Assembly (NCBI GenBank): GCA_013152815.1
Contig: JAADFO010000042.1
Coordinates: forward strand, 1 to 32,927
DNA: 32,927 nt
Reading direction: 5' to 3'
Source: Nanobdellati archaeon
GTDB lineage: Archaea > Nanobdellota > Nanobdellia > Woesearchaeales > JAADFO01
Part shown: piece after piece, positions 16,504 through 24,636 of the stretch
Position numbering within the stretch: the stretch's first letter is position 1
Layout: each line of letters opens with the position of its first letter
Translations under genes and position numbers: made by a program
The notes under the pieces: generated by a model
What the model saw: only the letters and a program-made list of their open reading frames with translations
Told to the model about the DNA's origin: nothing
The model's database searches: none

Positions 16504-17709
16504 TCATTTCTTTTTCGGTGTTCTGGTGGACCGTTTGATGCTCATGCTTGCCCTGAGGATGGCTTCGACGGCCTGCACATCTTCCCGCTTGACCTTGCTG
16601 CGGCTATGCATGCGCGCATGGGCCCGGGCAAGACGGACGATGCCGTGGATGAGCCGGGGGGACACCTCGATGAGCAGGTCGTTCTCCTGCTTCTTCAGCT
16701 GCTGGCCTATGAGGACCACATCCTCCTTCAGGCTGGAAGGGAAGACTATGTCAAGCGCGAGGGTCTTTTCTATATATTCACGGATGACCTCCTTTTCGGT
16801 TGCGCTGATCTTATGGGTCTTGCCGCTGACGATATGCTCAGATATCTTCTTGAACTCCTTGAGAGAAGGACCTCTGATGAGGAAGACCAGATGGAACCGT
16901 GACAGCAGAGCAGGGTCGAAGGGCATCTGTTTTTTCAGGAGGGCCACATCGTTCCCTACGAAACGGTCGCCCTTCGGGTTGGCCGTCGCCAGGATCCGGA
17001 CCCGGGCATCCAGCCGCACGTTCTTGCTTCCTTTGCTGTAGGTGATGAAGCCCTTCTCCATGGCATTGTAGAGAGCGGCATAGTCCTGCTCTTTCATGAG
17101 GTTGAGCTCATCGATGCAGCAGATGCCCTGATCGGCAAGGGGCAGGAGCCCTTTGATCATCTCTTTTCCTTTGAACATGACGGTGAGCCCGACACCCGAT
17201 GTCCCTGAGCCAAGACCGAAAGAAGCTATCGGGGCCAATTCTTCGGTGGCCCGCAGGATGTCGGTCTTGCCGGTGCCCGGATCGCCCAGGAGCAGGAGAT
17301 GGATGGGCTCATCAGAGAAGAGCTGGAGCAGGGCCGCCTTCTTGACAGGCTCCATGCCTATGATGTGGTTGGCGAAGGACTCCAGGAGGACCCATGGGTC
17401 TTTGGTGATCTTCCTCATCGCTTTCCGGCGTATGCGCTCCTTGATGCTGTTGTTGAGGCCTGCACAGAGCTGCCCCAGCTCTGGGTCCTCGGTAGCGGGC
17501 CGGATGGACGGAAAGGAGGCTTTCGGATAGAGTCGGGATGACAGGTGGAGCGGAGAGGAGAATATCCCTGCCCTGCCCTGTCGCAGAAGTGTCCTGGCGA
17601 GGGAAAGCTCGTTCGCGTCAAGAAAGTCCTCAAGGGAAGCCAGGGCATCCTTGTTCTGGGGAGACAGCGGAAGCATGCCTTTCAGCAGATGCTTGAATCT
17701 TAGGGGCAT
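16504..17709 (-). CDS. MCM-family AAA+ ATPase lacking the canonical N-terminal and WH domains
   Basis: HIIGMEPVKKA, HLLLLGDPGTGKT (Walker A), GICCIDELN (Walker B), ILATANPKG (sensor 1), LLSRFHL (Arg finger), VSPRL (sensor 2). Start chosen at ATG 17709 from the position of a TATA-like element. Confidence 0.82.
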   Translation of the reverse strand: MPLRFKHLLKGMLPLSPQNKDALASLEDFLDANELSLARTLLRQGRAGIFSSPLHLSSRLYPKASFPSIRPATEDPELGQLCAGLNNSIKERIRRKAMRKITKDPWVLLESFANHIIGMEPVKKAALLQLFSDEPIHLLLLGDPGTGKTDILRATEELAPIASFGLGSGTSGVGLTVMFKGKEMIKGLLPLADQGICCIDELNLMKEQDYAALYNAMEKGFITYSKGSKNVRLDARVRILATANPKGDRFVGNDVALLKKQMPFDPALLSRFHLVFLIRGPSLKEFKKISEHIVSGKTHKISATEKEVIREYIEKTLALDIVFPSSLKEDVVLIGQQLKKQENDLLIEVSPRLIHGIVRLARAHARMHSRSKVKREDVQAVEAILRASMSIKRSTRTPKKK

Positions 17710-17745
17710 GGACAGAAGGAAGGCAGAGCACATTAAATGGTTTAT

Positions 17746-17811
17746 GGAATTATGGAAAGAAGAAAGCGGAATCATGGAAGGAAGAGGCGGAATTGTGGAA
17801 AGAAGAAGGGC
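17746..17811. repeat. Three imperfect tandem 21-23 bp direct repeats
   Basis: GGAATTATGGAAAGAAGAAAGC (17746-17767), GGAATCATGGAAGGAAGAGGC (17768-17788), GGAATTGTGGAAAGAAGAAGGGC (17789-17811). Confidence 0.8.
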
Positions 17812-17887
17812 GACCAGAGAAGCCAAGAGACCGACTGACCAGAGTCGGAGGGAAACAATTAAATAGGCTCAGCAGCTAAGAAGACCC

Positions 17888-18445
17888 ATGAACACGACCA
17901 TCAGGAAGGACATCCTGAACATCCTCTCCCGCCTGCTGGAAGACATCAGGAAACCGAAGGATGAATCGGTCTTTCTCCTGAGGGATCTTTCCAACAGGAC
18001 CATACACGACGCATCGATCTTCCAGGACAAGGATTCCACGTCCATCGCTGTCATCATCTATGCGTTCTCCAAGCTTCTGGAACAGGGCATGCTTCCGGAT
18101 GCACGCATCATCAGGACCATACGTTCTGCCTACAATCATCTGCTGGACAGGGATGATGAAAAATACCGGAAGAGGATAAAATACATCTATGCTTTCATCT
18201 CCCGGAAGGATTCGCAGCTCAATGTCTATATCGACAAGGTCATCACGCATGCCTGCCTCAAGAAGGGCTCGAGGATCCATGACCATGGGATATCCACGGC
18301 CAGGGCGGCAGAGATACTGGGCCTATCACAATGGGAGCTCTCCAACTACATAGGCAGCAGAAGGGTCGATGAGGCGAGAAGATACCATGTGCCTGTCTCC
18401 CGACGGCTGGAGCTGGCAAGAAGGCTCTTTGAGGTGGACCTATGA
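17888..18445 (+). CDS. Protein with C-terminal HTH (UPF0175-like)
   Basis: GISTARAAEILGLSQWELSNYIG; ATGA-coupled to the PIN gene. Confidence 0.7.
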   Translation: MNTTIRKDILNILSRLLEDIRKPKDESVFLLRDLSNRTIHDASIFQDKDSTSIAVIIYAFSKLLEQGMLPDARIIRTIRSAYNHLLDRDDEKYRKRIKYIYAFISRKDSQLNVYIDKVITHACLKKGSRIHDHGISTARAAEILGLSQWELSNYIGSRRVDEARRYHVPVSRRLELARRLFEVDL

Positions 18446-19143
18446 AAGCCATCGTCTTCGACACCGGCCCCATCATCAGCATCACGCTCAACAATCTGCT
18501 CTATGTCCTGAGGAGCCTTCGGAAACGCTATCAGGGAAGGTTTCTCATCACTCCGGCCATCAAACGGGAGCTCATCGACCGTCCGCTGAAGATAAAGCGC
18601 TTCGAGTTCGAAGCGTTGCAGGTGATGACCATGATCGAGGATCACACCCTCGAGATCGTCGACAACAGCAAGGTAAAGCGCAAGGCAGACCGGCTCATGC
18701 GGCTTGCGAACTCCATCTACAAAGCAAAGGGCAAATATATACAGATCGTCCAGCAGGGAGAGATGGAAGGGCTGGCGCTCGTGCTCCTCGTAAAGGCAGA
18801 GGGGTTCATCGTGGATGAACGCACGACACGCTATCTCCTGGAATCGCCTGAACGGGTCCATAGCCTCATGGAACACCGGCTGCATACCCCCGTCGAGGTG
18901 AACAGGGAACAGCTTGCCCTCTTCAAGAAAGAGGTGGGCAAGTTCCTGGTCCTGCGGAGCGCCGAACTGGTCACCGTCGCCTTCGAGCTCGGTTTCACCG
19001 ACCAGTACCTGCCGAAGATGCCTAACGGCAGGACCACGCTTCTCGACGGCTTGCTCTGGGGCATGAAGCTCAAGGGGGCAGCGGTCTCAGCGACAGAGAT
19101 CGAAAACTTGAAACTGCTTGCTCTGCAGCCCCGGAAACGCTAA
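18442..19143 (+). CDS. PIN-domain protein (DUF3368/VapC-like)
   Basis: IVFDTGPII, ITPAIKREL, GEMEGLAL, IVDERTTR acidic PIN residues; GAGGTGG SD. Confidence 0.75.
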   Translation: MKAIVFDTGPIISITLNNLLYVLRSLRKRYQGRFLITPAIKRELIDRPLKIKRFEFEALQVMTMIEDHTLEIVDNSKVKRKADRLMRLANSIYKAKGKYIQIVQQGEMEGLALVLLVKAEGFIVDERTTRYLLESPERVHSLMEHRLHTPVEVNREQLALFKKEVGKFLVLRSAELVTVAFELGFTDQYLPKMPNGRTTLLDGLLWGMKLKGAAVSATEIENLKLLALQPRKR

Positions 19144-19215
19144 AGACCCAACAGAGACACGAAATCCATAAAAGAGCCTTGTTCTCTATGTCTCTCTGCT
19201 TGTGGGGGGGTATTT

Positions 19216-20004
19216 ATGAATCCAGAGAAAGAGATCGTCAATTGGTGGTTGAATTCCAAGGGCTTCTTCACGGTCAACAGCATCAAGGCCGGCAGTTCCA
19301 GGGACATCGACATCGTGGCCATCCGAAGCGAGGAAGGACGGCTCAAGACGGTGCAGCACATCGAGATCGCCTGTTCCATCTCCCGTGCAGAGTATAAAGA
19401 ATCGGACATCATAAGGAAGTTCGAAGATCATAACGTCGTCATCACCATCAAGAAGATCATCCGGGAACATCTGGGAAGGGAAGTCCGCTACGAGAAGGTC
19501 CTGGTCGTCGGCGAACCTTTGCCCTGGCAGGAGTCGCTGAAGAGGCGGGGCATCGGAATCTTGAGTTTCGCAGACATCATGGCTGAGAATTTCCTTGCCC
19601 TGGACAAGCAGAACTACAGGAACCCGCTTGTACGGCTTCTCCAGCTGCACAAGTATCTGGTGATGGCGAACCCGTCCCTCCTGGCCATGCTCCTGAGCAG
19701 CAGGCACAAGGACAAGCTCCTCAACCTCAACAGCCGGCCGCTCTTCATCAAAGAGCTGCTCAAGGACGCGGAGATGAGGAAAGTGCTGATGAAACCCGAG
19801 CATGAGGCGCTGATCCTCGATATCCTGAGACATTCCCCGCTGAGGAACCCGAAGAGGCTCGCCATGGTCATCGACCAGCAGATCCTGGGCCCGCGAAGCA
19901 GGAACCGCTTCATCGAAGCGCTGCTTTCCCATAAGGAGTCGAAGAAAGAGATAGCCAAGACACTGGCGAAGGAGCAGAAGCAGCTCAAATCCTATTTGTC
20001 CTGA
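19216..20004 (+). CDS. PD-(D/E)XK / restriction-endonuclease-fold protein with helical C-terminal extension
   Basis: EKEIVNWWLNSKGF...RDIDIVAI...HIEIACS: Hjc/Mrr-like E, D, E pattern, but no Lys in the ExK position. Confidence 0.6.
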   Translation: MNPEKEIVNWWLNSKGFFTVNSIKAGSSRDIDIVAIRSEEGRLKTVQHIEIACSISRAEYKESDIIRKFEDHNVVITIKKIIREHLGREVRYEKVLVVGEPLPWQESLKRRGIGILSFADIMAENFLALDKQNYRNPLVRLLQLHKYLVMANPSLLAMLLSSRHKDKLLNLNSRPLFIKELLKDAEMRKVLMKPEHEALILDILRHSPLRNPKRLAMVIDQQILGPRSRNRFIEALLSHKESKKEIAKTLAKEQKQLKSYLS

Positions 20005-20168
20005 TCGTCCTTGCTTCCTTCGACGTCGTCCAGATCATCCATCATCTGCTTTGCCTTCTCGGCCTCGGCAAGAAACTCGATGTCTTCCTTGTCGAGCTCA
20101 TCCTCAGAGGGGACTTTCTCTTTTTCCAATGCCCTTGCCTTCTCGAGGGCCTCGTCCTTGTCGGTCAT
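19992..20168 (-). CDS. Small highly acidic protein (58 aa)
   Basis: Below the ORF-track cutoff. MTDKDEALEKARALEKEKVPSEDELDKEDIEFLAEAEKAKQMMDDLDDVEGSKDDQDK*; host-like GAG/GAC/AAG codons; ATAAATAT about 25 nt upstream. Confidence 0.7.
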   Translation of the reverse strand: MTDKDEALEKARALEKEKVPSEDELDKEDIEFLAEAEKAKQMMDDLDDVEGSKDDQDK

Positions 20169-20256
20169 GGAGGATCTTCAGACAGACCGGATATTTATGT
20201 TTTGTCCTGCCATGACCCCGTAACCTATAAAAGACAGGCACCCATCCCAGAACATC

Positions 20257-21792
20257 ATGATTGTCGGCCAGATCATCGGAGGGGAGTTCTCTGCACTCAT
20301 CGTCAGGAAGAAGGCAGAAGCAGACATCGAACTCGGAGAGCTGCTCATCTGCGAGCAGGAGGACCGGAAGATATTGCTGACGGTCTTCGACCTGCAGTTC
20401 GGTTCCCAGATAAGCCAGCAGAACCTTGAACTGATCGCAGGCATGCGGCTGGAACAGCAGGCAGACATCGACATCATGGACCGTAATCTCAGGAACTATG
20501 ACCTGGTGCTGGTCAAGCCGCTCATCGAGATAAAGGGGAAGAAGGCGAGCATCTCAAAAAGTCTCCCTCCTTTCTTCTCTTCGGTCAGGACCATCGAAAA
20601 GGACGATCTGAGCTTCCTCGAACGTCCAAAGAATCCCCTGGCCATCGGCAAGCTCCGGTCCGGATCCAAGGTCCTCGACGTGGACATCTATCTGGAGGGG
20701 GATAAGGTCTTTGCCCATCACATCCTCATTCCTGCGACCACCGGCAAGGGCAAGTCCAACCTCACCTCATCCATGCTCTGGAGCGTCCTCGATTCAGACT
20801 ATGCAGGAATCCTCATCCTCGATCCCCATGATGAATACTACGGCAGGCACGGACCAGGACTCAAAGATCATCCGTCGAAGAAGGCGGTCTATTACACGCC
20901 CAACAACCCGCCGCCCGGAGAGAAGACCCTGAAGATAAATGTCAGGTCGCTCCGGCCGGGGCATTTCAACGGCGTCATGTCACTCTCAGATCCTCAGCGA
21001 CAGGCCCTGGCCAACTACCATAGGCAGTACGGCAAAGAGTGGGTCAGTGCCATCCTCCTCGAGAAACCGTTGGAGCACGTGCGGTTCTTCGAGGAGACCC
21101 TCCAGGTCATCAAGCGGAAGGTCATGGCGCTCCTGGACGCAGACATCACGAACGATGAGGCGACCTTCAAAGGCATCTTCTCGTCGACCGCAGGAGAGAC
21201 GACCATCGCTGAGATCTGCGACGGGCTCGAAGGGGCGAAGACGGTCATCATCGATACCTCGACCTGCGCAGGGGCTCTGGAACTGCTCATCGGCAGCATG
21301 GTCGCATCAGAGATATTCCAGCGGTACAAACGCCATAAGCTGACCGGAAGGCTATCGATGAAACCCGTGGTCTCGGTTGTCCTCGAAGAGGCTCCGCGAG
21401 TGCTCGGGAAAGATGTCCTTGAGAAGGGAAGCAATATCTATTCCACCATCGCACGGGAAGGGAGGAAGTTCAAGATAGGGCTGACGGCCATCACCCAGCT
21501 TCCTTCATTGATACCACGGCAGATCCTCGCGAACATGAACACCAAGCTCATCCTGGGTCTTGAGATGGCTCCGGAAAGGCAGGCCATCATCGAATCGGCA
21601 TCCCAGGACCTCACCACAGAGAACAAGGCCATCGCTTCCCTGGACACTGGAGAATGCATCGTCTCGTCGAATTTCGGGAAGTTCGCCATCCCGGTCAGCA
21701 TACCCTTCTTCAGGGACATCGCACAGGCGGCAAGAGCGAAACGCAGAGAGCAGACCATGGCCAAGGATTTCTCAGGAGTGGACCTTACATGA
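20257..21792 (+). CDS. herA: HerA bipolar DNA helicase/translocase (HAS barrel plus FtsK/HerA ATPase)
   Basis: N-terminal HAS-barrel-like region, [47 protein letters not shown]. Confidence 0.88.
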   Translation: MIVGQIIGGEFSALIVRKKAEADIELGELLICEQEDRKILLTVFDLQFGSQISQQNLELIAGMRLEQQADIDIMDRNLRNYDLVLVKPLIEIKGKKASISKSLPPFFSSVRTIEKDDLSFLERPKNPLAIGKLRSGSKVLDVDIYLEGDKVFAHHILIPATTGKGKSNLTSSMLWSVLDSDYAGILILDPHDEYYGRHGPGLKDHPSKKAVYYTPNNPPPGEKTLKINVRSLRPGHFNGVMSLSDPQRQALANYHRQYGKEWVSAILLEKPLEHVRFFEETLQVIKRKVMALLDADITNDEATFKGIFSSTAGETTIAEICDGLEGAKTVIIDTSTCAGALELLIGSMVASEIFQRYKRHKLTGRLSMKPVVSVVLEEAPRVLGKDVLEKGSNIYSTIAREGRKFKIGLTAITQLPSLIPRQILANMNTKLILGLEMAPERQAIIESASQDLTTENKAIASLDTGECIVSSNFGKFAIPVSIPFFRDIAQAARAKRREQTMAKDFSGVDLT

Positions 21793-23021
21793 GATTTGCC
21801 CACATGGCGGACCTGCACATCGGCGGATGGAGAGACCCGCTACTTCAGGACATCTCGTTCCGGGCATTCGCCAGGGCCTGCGACATCTGCATCCGGGAGA
21901 AGGTCGATTTCATCCTCATCGCAGGGGACATCTTCAATACCTCGCTCCCTTCCATCGACAGCCTCAAAGGGACGGTAAAACAGCTCAAGATCCTCAGGGA
22001 ACACGGCATACCGGTCTACATCGTCCCGGGCTCCCACGACTATTCTCCCTCGGGAAAGACCATGCTTGACGTCATCGAAGAGACCGGCCTATGGAAGAAC
22101 GTCGTCAAAGGGGATGTCGTCGGAGAGCGACTGAGGCTCCGGTTCACCATCGACGGAAAGACCGGTGCGAAGATCACCGGTCTCCTGGGAAAACGGGCTG
22201 CATTGGAGAAGGGCCTCTACTCATCCCTGGACAAGGAGCATCTCGAACAGGAGCAGGGGTTCAGGATCTTCCTCTTCCATTCAGGCATCACCGAACTGAA
22301 GCCTTCGTCGTTCCAGCATGTGGAGACCCTTCCGCTCTCGTTCTTCCCAAAAGGCTTCGACTACTATGCAGGGGGCCACATCCATACGGTCAGCGTTGAA
22401 GATGTCGATGGCTACGGCAAGATCGCCTATCCCGGACCGTTGTTCCCCAACAGCTTCTCTGAGCTGGAAGAACTAGGCGAGGGCGGCTTCTATCTTTATC
22501 TTGATGGAGAGGTGAGACGGGTACCTGTTTCCATGCATCCGGTGGTCAGATGCAAGGTCGACTGCGGAAATCTCACCCCGGAAGATACAGAGAAGAAGAT
22601 AGTCGACGCCATATCCGCGTTGGAAGTGACCGATGCTTTGGTGACCCTTCGGCTCCACGGCAAACTCGCTTCAGGAAAGGCCAGCGACATCGATATCAAG
22701 GGCATCTTTACGAGATTGTATGACCAGGGAGCATATGTTGTGATGAAGAACCTCTCCAGGCTGGAGAGCCCGATATTTGACGAGATCAAGGTAGAGCAGG
22801 GATCCCTCGACGAGGTCGAGGACAGGATCATCAAGGAGCATGCAGGCCAGCATCAACTGGCAGGGTACTCTCCCGATGAACAACGGGCGCTGATACGGAA
22901 CCTGATGGATGCGTTGCACACCGAGAAGAAGGAAGGGGAGACCGTGGGGACCTTTGAGGACAGGCTTGACAGAGGGATCAGGGCAGTGCTCGGAAGGGAG
23001 AAGGGAACCTCACCGCAGTAA
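21789..23021 (+). CDS. mre11: Mre11/SbcD DNA repair exonuclease
   Basis: [43 protein letters not shown] at 21789 overlaps the herA stop (ATGA). Confidence 0.9.
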   Translation: MRFAHMADLHIGGWRDPLLQDISFRAFARACDICIREKVDFILIAGDIFNTSLPSIDSLKGTVKQLKILREHGIPVYIVPGSHDYSPSGKTMLDVIEETGLWKNVVKGDVVGERLRLRFTIDGKTGAKITGLLGKRAALEKGLYSSLDKEHLEQEQGFRIFLFHSGITELKPSSFQHVETLPLSFFPKGFDYYAGGHIHTVSVEDVDGYGKIAYPGPLFPNSFSELEELGEGGFYLYLDGEVRRVPVSMHPVVRCKVDCGNLTPEDTEKKIVDAISALEVTDALVTLRLHGKLASGKASDIDIKGIFTRLYDQGAYVVMKNLSRLESPIFDEIKVEQGSLDEVEDRIIKEHAGQHQLAGYSPDEQRALIRNLMDALHTEKKEGETVGTFEDRLDRGIRAVLGREKGTSPQ

Positions 23022-23032
23022 GCGCAAGGGGA

Positions 23033-23302
23033 TCAGATGGTCCCCAGGACATCATTGATGTCGAAGCTGTCCAGGTCATCGATGTCTGCATCCAGGGTGT
23101 CGTTGCTTGAGGTATCATCGCCGATGCCTAGATCGAACCCGTCCGGGGACGGCGGTTCTGCATTTCCTGAGGAAGGGGCTGCCGTATCGTGGCCTGAACC
23201 ACCCGCATCATTCATGTTCGTATCCCGGGGGGGCGTGTTCGAACACCCTGCGAAGAGCAGCACACCGAACACCATCAGCAGAAACACGTATCTCAGAGTC
23301 AT
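23033..23302 (-). CDS. Small lipoprotein with acidic low-complexity body (89 aa)
   Basis: MTLRYVFLLMVFGVLLFAG-C lipobox; ATGA overlap with the upstream gene and GAGGTGG SD; Asp-rich tail. Confidence 0.75.
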   Translation of the reverse strand: MTLRYVFLLMVFGVLLFAGCSNTPPRDTNMNDAGGSGHDTAAPSSGNAEPPSPDGFDLGIGDDTSSNDTLDADIDDLDSFDINDVLGTI

Positions 23303-23856
23303 GATACCACCTCTTTTTCCAGCAGTTGCCTGATCTTCTCCAGTCCGGATTTCCGGAAGAGGTTCACGCTGTCCTTCTTCCGGGATTCTCCATAGGTCTT
23401 CCTTTTTCCCTTCGGGATGAAGATAGGATCCTGTCCCCAGCCCTTCGTGCCTGTTTCCTTGGTCGCGAGCCTGCCCTCTTCGATGCCGATGACGGTCTTG
23501 GGCTGTTCGCCGGGCGCACAGTAGGCGATGGCTGATTTGTAGTAGCAGGTACGGTCTTTCTTCCCCGACATGACCTTCAGGATGCCCTTGTTCCCTATCC
23601 GTTCGAAGACATATTTGGTGCATGTTCCGGGAAAGCCGTTGAGGGCACGGATGAACAGGCCGGAATCCTCCACCATGACCGGGCGTTGCATCTTCTCGGC
23701 CAGCTGTTTTGCTGCAAGCGCAACAATCTCCCGAGGGTCATCGCTCCGGAGTTCTGGATACTCCATGGCAAAGGTGATGATCTTGGCGAAATCCCTCAGG
23801 ATGAGCTTGAACTCTCTCGCCTTGTTCCTGTTCGAGGTGATGAGCGTTATTTCCAT
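23299..23856 (-). CDS. RdgB/HAM1-family non-canonical NTP pyrophosphatase (divergent signature)
   Basis: ITSNRNKAREF, VMVEDSGLFIRALNGFPG, GWGQDPIFIP; the SHR signature position reads LFR. Confidence 0.85.
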   Translation of the reverse strand: MEITLITSNRNKAREFKLILRDFAKIITFAMEYPELRSDDPREIVALAAKQLAEKMQRPVMVEDSGLFIRALNGFPGTCTKYVFERIGNKGILKVMSGKKDRTCYYKSAIAYCAPGEQPKTVIGIEEGRLATKETGTKGWGQDPIFIPKGKRKTYGESRKKDSVNLFRKSGLEKIRQLLEKEVVS

Positions 23857-24020
23857 CAAGGGATGCTTTTGATGACGCATCTGGGTTATCTCGGACAATT
23901 CATTTATAAACCTTTTCTCTGGAAGGACCCTGTAGAAAGTTACGCTGACGCGTGGTCAGCATCAGGCTTGGCCACAGCAATACGCTGCTTCTTTCATGGA
24001 TAAAGCATACTGTCGGGGAT

Positions 24021-24073
24021 ATAAAAAGGAGGAAGAAAAAGAAGAGAGAAAGAGAAAAAAAGAAAGAGAAAGA
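24021..24073 (-). terminator. U/C-rich tract downstream of the 24077-24529 gene (putative terminator)
   Basis: About 50 nt A/G tract on the + strand immediately after the stop codon. Confidence 0.5.
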
Positions 24074-24076
24074 TGC

Positions 24077-24529
24077 CTAATGGACCATGAGCGGTCCAGA
24101 ATGGCTGATCTCTTTTTCGTAGAGGAAACTGCCCTCCAGCAATTCATAGTTCCTGGTCTCACTTCCAGGAACCTGTTTAAGACGTTTGACGAGGTCAGCG
24201 ATATTCTCCTCATTGATGAAGTCTGGAGCGAGCGTTATCTTCACCATGTCGTCAACCTTTAGGCTGGTCTCGAAGGGCATATAGCGCTCGAAGAGCATAT
24301 CTTCGATGGCCTTGACGATGATGCCGCCCGGCTCCTCAGCGTAATATACTGCCCGTGGCTTGTCCATGCCCCGCAGGTGACGTTCCTTCACCTTCTCGCT
24401 ATAGTTGGTGAAGAGCGTTGTCGGATAATGGACAAGGATATGTGCCGGGGGAGACTGCATCGTGTTCGATGTCTTTGCTGTTTCCGGTGTTTCAGGAAGT
24501 CCTGGTACCATCAGTTCAATATAGGTCAT
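24077..24529 (-). CDS. Hypothetical protein (150 aa)
   Basis: GGAGG SD before the ATG; pyrimidine-rich tract downstream. Confidence 0.7.
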   Translation of the reverse strand: MTYIELMVPGLPETPETAKTSNTMQSPPAHILVHYPTTLFTNYSEKVKERHLRGMDKPRAVYYAEEPGGIIVKAIEDMLFERYMPFETSLKVDDMVKITLAPDFINEENIADLVKRLKQVPGSETRNYELLEGSFLYEKEISHSGPLMVH

Positions 24530-24636
24530 GGTTCATTCCTCCGTGTCGTCGGTTTTGCCTGCTTGTCTGTGGACGACTATGCTGCCCTGAGACGACACAC
24601 GCAGCTCTCGCTTTCCGGTCAGCCTCTTTTTTGCTC

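Noticed and set aside
17710..17826. Hydrophobic N-terminal extension of the MCM-like ORF given in the track
   Set aside because: It is the translation of the promoter and repeat tract; the TATA position favours ATG 17709.
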